A stretch of DNA of 64,000 nucleotides, from positions 12,648,001 to 12,712,000 of the forward strand of contig NC_045704.1 of NCBI RefSeq assembly GCF_009834535.1, given 5' to 3'. The notes under the pieces are model-generated. The model had not been told where the DNA came from, did not search any database, and worked only from the letters and a program-made list of their open reading frames with translations. Below, in pieces: positions 49,201 through 64,000 of this stretch. This stretch comes from Camelus ferus (Eukaryota). Position 1 is the first letter of the stretch, and the number at the start of each line of letters is the position of its first letter. The position numbers and the translations under genes are program-made.

Positions 49201-50607
49201 AGAGAACGAAGGGTGAGGACTTAGGCAGTGACTGGTTTGGATTCTGGACTCCAGCACAAGGCCTGGCAACAAGACCTCTGGAAATGAGACCTCTTGTACC
49301 TGGGAAAGGAAGGAATCCTGGCAAAGTGAGTCAGTAGCTTCCATCAAGTCCTGTTCCCTCTCTGGACATGAAGGCAGGACTGCCCAAGAGAAATGCCACA
49401 CTCCTTCAAGTCCTTATGGGCTGAGAACCCATGGGACCTGAATCCACAGGCTGAGGTGTCCTCCTGCACCCTGGCAGGGCTCCCCCAAGAAGCAAAGGGA
49501 GTGAGGAGGCAGGCAGGTGTCCCCACGGCCACAAATCTCATTCCATCTGCTTTCTTTCTGTAAATGGGCATCTTCAGCCCCACTTTCCAGAGAAGAGGAA
49601 ACCGAGGGGCAGAGAAAACCTAGATCTCAACCAGGGTCACACATGCCCCAAGGGTAGGTCTGGGTTTGTACCCAGGTCCTTCAGAGAAGCTTTCCAGTGC
49701 CGCGACCCTAGAAAAAAAGCAAGTGGAGAAGGGGGAAGCAAGGAAAGCCTACCTTCTTGGAGAAGAGGATTTGGGTGGAATCTCCAGCCTCCTCTACAGG
49801 AGCCCAGTGGAGGAGGACATCATTGTCCTGAAGGAAGGAAAGAGGAGTTGGAGGGGATCCCCTCCAAACTCCTCAAACCATTTTTTCAAACTTCTTTCCT
49901 GTTCTGGACCCTCAGCCTTAGAAAGCCCTCCTCCTCCTTACATTCCCCACCTCCAGCCTTCCTAAGATCCAATCGCTGACCTCCACACTGTACTCCTACA
50001 GATGCAGCCTCCACCCCGCTCCGGGCCTGCCCGAGGCCTTCTCCCTCCCAGCCCACCTTTTCCACCACACGGATGACGCCGTTGATGAGGGAGTCCGGGT
50101 CTTGGTGCTTCTTGGCACTGGTGTGCAGGTACACGCCTCCCTTCTCAAACACCACCTAGGGACGGGAACCAGTGAGGGGCGGGGCCCAGAAGGGAGCCAA
50201 TGGGAGCAGACCCAGGGAGGAGCTATTCCTCAGGGAACAGGCCCCGGGGTAGCATCACCTAGGGGATGGGGCCGGGAGCGATGAAGCCTGAATACCAACC
50301 AAGCATCTCGGACTCTGGAGAATGGGGAGGGAGGGAAGGAGGAGTGCATTCCAAAGTGGGCGGGGCCTAGAAGGGCATCTCAGCAGCCCAGGGGGCGGGG
50401 CTAAGTGATACGGGTCTTCCTACGGCAGTGGAAGAAACGGTGACAGCTCGTTTATTAAGGGAGTGGTGTGTTTGTTAAGGATGTACAAGGCTCCCAGAGC
50501 CCCAGCAAGGCCTGAGAAAGAAGCTGACCGCCGGAGGGGGGCGTTTTCCATAGACAGAAGCGAAAGAAAGCGTCTTCAATACTTACCCTGTAACCGGCTC
50601 CCTCCAT
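40295..50607 (-). CDS. TBC1D17: TBC1 domain family member 17 (Rab-GAP), 649 aa after removing one extra base in exon 7
   Basis: Exons 50607-50587, 50155-50057, 49827-49753, 46736-46613, 45928-45721, 45266-45155, 45054-44895 (160 nt, expected 159), 44522-44394, 44301-44198, 43693-43599, 43310-43194, 43095-42995, 42913-42814, 41562-41465, 41309-41193, 40665-40579, 40498-40295. All GT-AG with matching phases; catalytic IERDVSRT and YVQGMSD motifs present. Confidence 0.97.
47005..47680 (+). mobile_element. L1 3' region spanning an assembly gap
   Basis: ACTACTTCACACCCACT...CAAGTGTTGGTGAGGATGCAGAGAAACTGGAAC...AAAATGTTCTGGAATTAGATGGTGGTGATGGTTG. Confidence 0.85.
47437..47568. other. Assembly gap (132 N)
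   Basis: Run of N. Confidence 1.
47730..48715. mobile_element. Old ERVL/MaLR LTR fragments (LTR16/MLT1-like)
   Basis: CCACATGCTGAGAATGGCAGAGCA...TTGTTTAGGCCACTG...TCCTAACTGAT terminus. Confidence 0.5.
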
Positions 50608-52100
50608 AGCCGCGGTGGAGGCCCCAGTGCCCCGGCCCCCTCCTTTTCCGGGTCAGCGTGCTGTCACATCCGGATAGTAGACTCCCCTCAAGCCCAGACA
50701 GTGGTAGCGCCCTTATCTGTACTAGAACAGGAGTGGGTGTAACCATTTTTCAGAATGGGGTGGTTGAACTCGAACCACGAGGTTTCAAGTCACATGGCAG
50801 ACACTGAAAGGTGGAGGCGGCCAGCAAGAGTGCGCAGGCGCAGTGCTACCGTCCTAACCACGAAGTAAACAAGGGGGCGGTCCAAGAGCTCCGCCCCCTG
50901 GCTCAAGCTAGCTCCTAAATGGTTACTCCTTTCTTCATATTGTATACTGGCATCGAAGCCAAAGAGATGCCATTTTGCTCGAGGGCAGAGCTAAGGCCGG
51001 TCAGCTGCGGCCATGTTAATGCGGGGCAGTCCCATCTGTCTGCGGGGCGCGGTACCAAGGTCCTGGAAGAGAGAATCGGATAAAAGGAAAGGTGAGAGTT
51101 GCTGTACATCACACGAAGCGCCGAAGGACTCGGGTTAAGGAGATGAAGCCGTCAGTATCCCCGGGAACGAAGCGGTCCCGGACGAATTCCTGAGTCACCG
51201 TCGAGAGAAAGCGGTCTCGGCCCGCCATATTGAAGCTGGGCAAGCCGAAGCAAGAAAGGCTGCCATGTTGGATCTTTGCCAGTCTTGGTGCTGAGAGGGG
51301 ATAGGCTGGAGAACCCATGTACATTGTGGGTAAATGATGCCAGGCTGGTTAACGGGCGCTACTTTCCATCAATTCTGTGGAAGAAGTTATTATGGGTGAG
51401 GGACGTCAGGTCGCTTGCATTCGAGTCCTGTGGTCCTGGGTGTGTCTGTGCATTTGCCCCTATTTCTTGAGGGCAAGTCGAAATGGTTTAGGTTTGTTTC
51501 CGAGCAAGCTGAAGCCTTTCTTTCAAATCTTTCTTGTGGGCACCCGGCTGTCGCCTTTGCCCCCTTGTGACCCGGTGAAACCCCCGTAACCACCATCTTG
51601 GGGTTGGGCGGCCGGGATAAGGGAGGCGGAGTGTATAGAGTGGAGGCGGGCCAACCACGCGGAAGTGACGCATGGCGCCGCCATGTCTTTTGAGGGCGGC
51701 GACGGCGCCGGGCCGGCCATGCTGGCTACGGGCACGTGAGTGGAGGCGGCGTTGTGAACCGCGGTGTGGGGAGGATTTGGCTGTCTGGAGGAGAGGGGAG
51801 CTTGGAGGGCGAGCCGCTTGCGGGAAGGGTATAGCCTGCGTAGGTCAGAGCGCAGAGATCCCCTAGTGACCCTATGCTGAACGCTGGAAAGGTGTCGCCC
51901 GCGGGAACCGTCGTGTCTGACTCGAGGCAAAGCTTCGACAGTCTTACCTCCGGTCTTCAGACCTATTAGGATACTTATCTTGGCTGTGGACCATGTCCAC
52001 AGGGTCGGGGGGTTACTTGGTGGGGCCTCGGGGCTCCCCTCACCCGTCCAAAGGCGGGACTTCCGGTCCTGGCCCCCACCTGGGCGGGATTTCCTGTTTT
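50560..52100. promoter_or_regulatory. CpG-rich bidirectional promoter of TBC1D17 and AKT1S1
   Basis: Lies between divergent first exons. NRF1 site TGCGCAGGCGCA at 50831, GC boxes, several YY1 cores, and ETS/CRE-half GGAAGTGACG at 51661. Confidence 0.8.
51683..51735 (+). CDS. AKT1S1: AKT1S1 exon 1, encoding the N-terminal extension [18 protein letters not shown]
   Basis: GCCGCCATG Kozak context; donor AC|GTGAGT splices to 54887 giving T-A-R-MASGRP in frame. Confidence 0.75.
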
Positions 52101-54351
52101 CTTCCTAGCGAAATGGGTCTACCCTGAACCCCCAGGCGAAGTAGGGTGGCATCTGAGCGGTATAGAAAGAATCCAGGCATTCAACTGCCCCCGGCCACGG
52201 GTTGCATCCTGGAGTTCCTCCCACCTTGGGCGGAAAAGGGGTTTACTTCCAGTTTGACAGGTGGTTGGAGAGCACTTCGCTAGTGTCACTCATTCCTTGG
52301 GGGACTCTTGCCTCACCTCTTCCTGGAGTCAGTTTCCTGACTTCACCTCTTCCCCTCATCCTAAAAGGCCAGTCACCTTACCTCTCCCTTCTCCCTCCTG
52401 TGGGGAACAGGTCTCGCCTCCATTTGGGGGAAGGGGTCTTCCATCTCTCAGCCCCTTGGAAGATACAGGACTTGCTCCCGAGGCTGAAGAGGTGGGAGAC
52501 TCTCCTGTGGGGTACTTGGCTTGGCTGCTCTCCTGTTGGGTAACTGACTCCAGAGAGCCTCGAGGCCTTGGCAGAGAGGTCTGCGGGAGTCGCCCGCCTC
52601 CTTTTTGCCCTTGTCTTCCTCTTTGAGTTGCGTGCGGGACCCTCATGACCCACTCACTCCCACTTTACTCTTTTCAACTTCTAAGATCTAGGAGATTGAT
52701 CTACTCAGAAGTCTCCTCTAAGAGAGGAGTTTGATCTTGATGTCCTAAGGAAGTGAGAACTTCTGGCCTAGCACTACCAGGCTCTGTGACTGTGGACCAG
52801 TCATTTCCCTGCCCTGAGCCTGTTTCCTCCATCAGGTGGGGATGACGTGAGGAGTGGCTGTGAGACCCTGAGCACCTCCCAGTTCTGTTGAGTTTTGGAG
52901 TCGAGCGGACAGCAATTTCAGCCCTACTTCTGCCCTTTCTACTTGTGTTTTCCAGCCAGTACCTTAAGTTCTCTGAGCCTCACTTTTCCCATCTGGATTA
53001 GGAGATCATAAATCTTTCCTCATGAGGTAGGCAGGATGACATTTGGGGTTAACAACAGGTTCTGAATCCAGATGGCCAAATTCAGGTCCCAGCTCTCCTC
53101 TCTCTAGCCGAATGACCCTGGTCAAGATATTGAATCTCCGTGGGCCTCAGTTTGCAACTGTCAAGTAGGGTCATAAGAGCTCCTCCCTCACAGGGGTAGT
53201 GGGAGGATGGGATGAGATGGTTGATGACACACTTGGGTCCCCCACCTGTGGGAGGTGCGATACCAACTTGCTCCAGGGTCTATCAGGACGGCTGCTCGTT
53301 GTGCTCTCACTGCATGTGGCTTCCAACGAGGGCTTTGTACTCCATTTGTAAGGTAACAGCTCCTTCCTTAGTGGCTCAGGTAGGAGGCGAGAGGACAGGC
53401 ACAGAGTCCTGGCACAGAGTGGGTGCTCAGCAAACCCTGGCTTCTATGATCATGAGTCACAAAGGGCCTGCAAATTACAATCAAGCTACTCTGCCCCCTG
53501 GAGGGCTCAATCACAGCCCTGTTTCAATCCCTTCAGTGATGGGAGCCTGCTTCCTCTCTGAGGAAGCTCCTCATCTGCCCAGCAGCCTGGGCTCAAACAC
53601 TGTGGTTTACACAGAGAAAACAGTGAGGCACAGAGAAGGTCAATCAGTGGTCCAGGGTCACACAGCAGGTTTGAGAGAGTCAGAGCAGGTAGCCAGGCCC
53701 GTTGCCACTTGTTCTCACCTTGTAAGGAGATGCCTCCTGCAGGTGGTCTCTGTAGAGCTGAGCTGTTCTGGAGACACAGATCGCCGATCTTGGGCTGCTC
53801 ATAGTCTGATGGAGGAAGCAGACAGAGGTACAGCTGTCACGAGCTTGTGTGACAAGCTCGTGCCTCTAGGGAAGGCATCTGATCCATCCTGGGGGGTCTG
53901 GGGAGACTTTCAGAAGAACTGCTGGAACAGTCTCATCAGAAGTACAAGAGCTTTTTGAGTGGAGTCCAGGCGTAGAGAGCAGCTGGCACGCCATTTTCTG
54001 CTCCAGCCTGGCTCCCCAAGGCCTGCCACATGCTGGGCAAAGCAAGGGCCTCCTATGCTGGCTGGGGAAATGGATGTAGATCTTGCTCCCCAGAGGGATG
54101 TGTGCTTGGATAAGGGTCACTCAGACATTGTGGGAGCCCATGGGTGGGGAAGGTGAGTGAAAGAGTGACAAGAAAATGGAGGACAGGTGGATGGAGGACA
54201 GGTGGTCCAGGTCACAGAGGAGGGGTCCCGCCTTGATTGAAAGTCTCGGGCCTCAGGATTCTGGAAGGATGCGAGGCCGGGGGAGGCCCTCCAGTGCCAG
54301 GCTGGGGAGCTTTGACCTTGTCCTGGGGATGCTGGGGAGGAGCAGGGTCAG

Positions 54352-54668
54352 CTCCAGGGTCAAAAGAAACATGGTCCAAGCCACGTGTATAATTTCCAAT
54401 TTTGTGTAAGCCACATTAAAACGAGTAAAAAGACAGATGAAATTTATTTTCACCATATATTTTATTTAGCCAGCAGAAATAAATGTCATAATTTCAACAT
54501 TTAATCAATTTCAGATGGCTCACAAGATGTTTCACATCCTGCCTTTTTGCGCTAAGTCTTTCAAATCCCGTGTGGATTTCACACTCGTGGCACCTACCAC
54601 TTTGGACCCGTTACATCTCAAGTGCTCCTGAGTCACGTGTGACTCGTGGCTCTGATATTGGACAGGGC
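54352..54668. mobile_element. MER33-like hAT-Charlie DNA transposon
   Basis: AGCCACATTAAAA...TCATAATTTCAACAT...CTAAGTCTTTCAAATCC...ATATTGGACAG. Confidence 0.8.
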
Positions 54669-54893
54669 GGGGCAGAGAGGAGATACTTGGGCTGTGAGGA
54701 CAGGCAGGGAGAACAGATGGGGCTGCGAGATGGAGAACATCAGGGGAAGATGGGGGAAGATGCTGAGCTCAGCTGGGATAGGGTGGATAGGAGGTGGCAG
54801 CCAGGGACAGATGGACACGTGGGGCTGGGTGCATGTGGACGTTCAAGTTGCGAAGCCTCAGCCCAGTGTCCTGCTCTGCCCCGCAGGGCGCGG

Positions 54894-57987
<3,094 letters not shown>

Positions 57988-58864
57988 GGCCCAGGCAGGG
58001 AGCTTCCTGGCCTGGCGTCCGCCCCACACGACACTACACCCCTGCCCCGCCCCCGGGGCCCGCCAATCCGAGTCAGATCCGCGACCGGCCTCCCACACCC
58101 TCCGGCTCCAGGACTGACCAGTCTTTGCCAATCCCCAACACCCTTCCAGCCCACGACCGATCCCGCGCCGACTAGCGGGACCTGTCCAGTTTCCCTTTTG
58201 GGTCTGTCTGCTCTCAGCCCAGTGACAGATTCTTTCTATTACGGGATTGGCTCGCTCCCCGATCAGGGCGTGGTTAGGTCAACTGTCGTTTTCTGCCTAG
58301 CAGCAAGGGCTTTGCTCGCACGGCATTGGCTCCATTCCCAAAGAGCACAGCCAAGCCCCAGGATTGGGTGGTGGCCATCCACTTCAGTTCCTTCCCTTGA
58401 TTGGCTCGAAAGCTGTAAAGGGCTTGACCAATCGCCCGAGAGTCCTATCCGCCCTTCCTGACTTACCCCACCTGATTGGCTCCAGGCTCCTGGGGGCGTG
58501 GCCAATCTCCTCCTGTGCCCAGGATTGGCCTGTGGCCTTAAATTTACGTTCTTTACACTACTGGGGCTGGGGTCATTTTTTGCCAAGGTCCTGCCAATTG
58601 TTCCTCTGGCCCCATCAGGGATGGCCCAATCCTGTTTCTGCTTCTGACACCCTCTGATTGGTTCCATCCCACAACAGCCTGCCAATCAAAGCCCGTCCTT
58701 GTATCCAGGATGTTACCAGCTCCCATCCCTTTCCCCCCACCCCCACAGGTGCCTTAAAGGGCCCTCGTCCACCCAAGGTGGGGGGCAGGGGGCCTCACTC
58801 TCCGGCCCTGGTGTGGGGGAGAGCGTGGGGGGTGGGGATTGGGAGTTGGGAGGAGCGCTCTAAG

Positions 58865-58870
58865 ATTAAA
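58865..58870 (+). terminator. AKT1S1: Probable AKT1S1 polyA signal ATTAAA
   Basis: ATTAAA about 880 nt after the stop, followed by T/GT-rich sequence. Confidence 0.55.
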
Positions 58871-59639
58871 GAGTTTTACTTCTGAGAAATGAGTATGAAT
58901 TGAATTGAGTTGTGGGTGTTCTTTCAACATTTTCTGAAGTCAAATGAGCAGCGTCTCATTGATTCTCAGTGCTAAAGTGGGAATTGAACTCGTCCCCATT
59001 TTACAGACAAGAAAACAAAGATTCGTGGGGTGGGAGGAAGGATTCCAGTCCTGTGAGATCGTGAAGCGCCAATCTTCAGGGGTGTGAGTGTTGAAATACT
59101 TCAAGGAATCAAACTCCTGAGCCCACATAGTGGCCAGGAACCTCCAGCTGAAGTCGGAAGTTTTCTGGCTAATGTAAGACAGCTAGAAGTAAGAGAACAG
59201 GTGCTGCCTGGTCCGAAGATGGGGCCAGGTCATGTAAACGCAAAATCTCCATCTCCCATCAGACCATCATCGGAGGAATGCCATCAATAGGCAAGACTTA
59301 AATGGGGCAAACTACCACCCAGACACTTCTGTAAGTTATTTATGTGTACTAACTCCTTATCTTCCTAGTAAACCCACGAAGTGGAAACGATTGTCTCCAC
59401 TTTGTAGATTAAAAAAACTGCAGCACTGAGGGTAGGGGTGCTGTCGGAGCAGGCTTTCTTCTACTGACAATAAGCATCAATGAGGGAAGAGAATTTCCAC
59501 CCGCTGTTAACTATCTCTGGCAAAGGGAATGAAAGTTAGAATTCAACGTGGAAAGAGGAAAATTTGTGAACAGAGAACCCATCTCCCCCTACTGGACTGA
59601 GCCTCACACTGCAGCAGGAGAGATAAAGGTCAGAGCTAT

Positions 59640-63528
<3,889 letters not shown>

Positions 63529-63599
63529 TAGTTTCTTTGCTATCATGTCCTAGTGTTGGTATGTGAGGCCGGTGCTTTTAAGCCTTGAAAACCAGAGTG

Positions 63600-63990
63600 G
63601 TCAAGAGAGAAATCACTCATGGATTCATTCATTCGTTTGTGTGTGTGCATTGGTTCTAAGGTTTGACAGCTTCTTAAGCTGAAGATACTAGTGAACAAGA
63701 AGGCCCTGCCAGCTCCCAGATCAGGGAAGGTGCAGACTATGATAGATGCGTTGACAGATGTGTAAAATGGCAGAGGAGTGAGGATCAGGCAGGGTGTAGT
63801 TTTACCTAAAGAAGTCAGGGAAACCCTCTCTGAGGTGCCGTTGAGTAAAGACCTCAAGCTGGGGAGGGAGGGAGCCCCATGGGGATCTAGGGGAGTGGTC
63901 CAGGCTGGAGTAACGGCGAGTGCAAGGGTTCTGAGGTAGGGCCAAGCCTGGTGAGGAGGCCTGTGTGGCTGAGCGGGTGAGGGGAAGAGC
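63600..63990 (-). mobile_element. L2 LINE fragment
   Basis: ATTCATTCATTCG...GTCAGGGAAACCCTCTCTGAGG...GAGTGCAAGGGTTCTGAGG. Confidence 0.6.
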
Positions 63991-64000
63991 GCAAGGTATG

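Noticed and set aside
53212-53958. 248-aa ORF in AKT1S1 intron 1
   Set aside because: It overlaps MIR/L2 remnants and has no coding signature.
54629-54645. Inverted repeat GAGTCAC-GT-GTGACTC with AP-1 and E-box motifs
   Set aside because: It derives from the internally palindromic MER33 element; no evidence of function.

Overview
Mammalian genomic DNA, probably camelid (five copies of a tRNA-derived SINE resembling the camelid Vic-1 family), in the gene order of human 19q13.33. The genes are ATF5 (-, 3' end cut by the window edge), NUP62 (+, intronless CDS), IL4I1 (+), TBC1D17 (-, 17 coding exons), AKT1S1/PRAS40 (+) and the 5' half of PNKP (+). Genes were identified by translating exons by hand and comparing with remembered human proteins; no database search was run. 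There are two N gaps and many L1, L2, MIR, MLT1, MER and LTR fragments. Four conserved genes (ATF5, NUP62, TBC1D17, AKT1S1) each carry one +1 frameshift in a short base run, most likely assembly errors. Known systems recovered: the ATF5 uORF1/uORF2 switch and the NUP62-promoter-driven long IL4I1 isoform, whose first ATG reads ACG here. The best unexplained patterns are a ~40 bp duplicated kappaB-containing module at IL4I1, 14 CCAAT/ATTGG boxes in the AKT1S1 3'UTR, a one-strand YY1 motif array, and a palindromic CCATGG acting as a start codon on both strands. I see no clearly novel gene or system.
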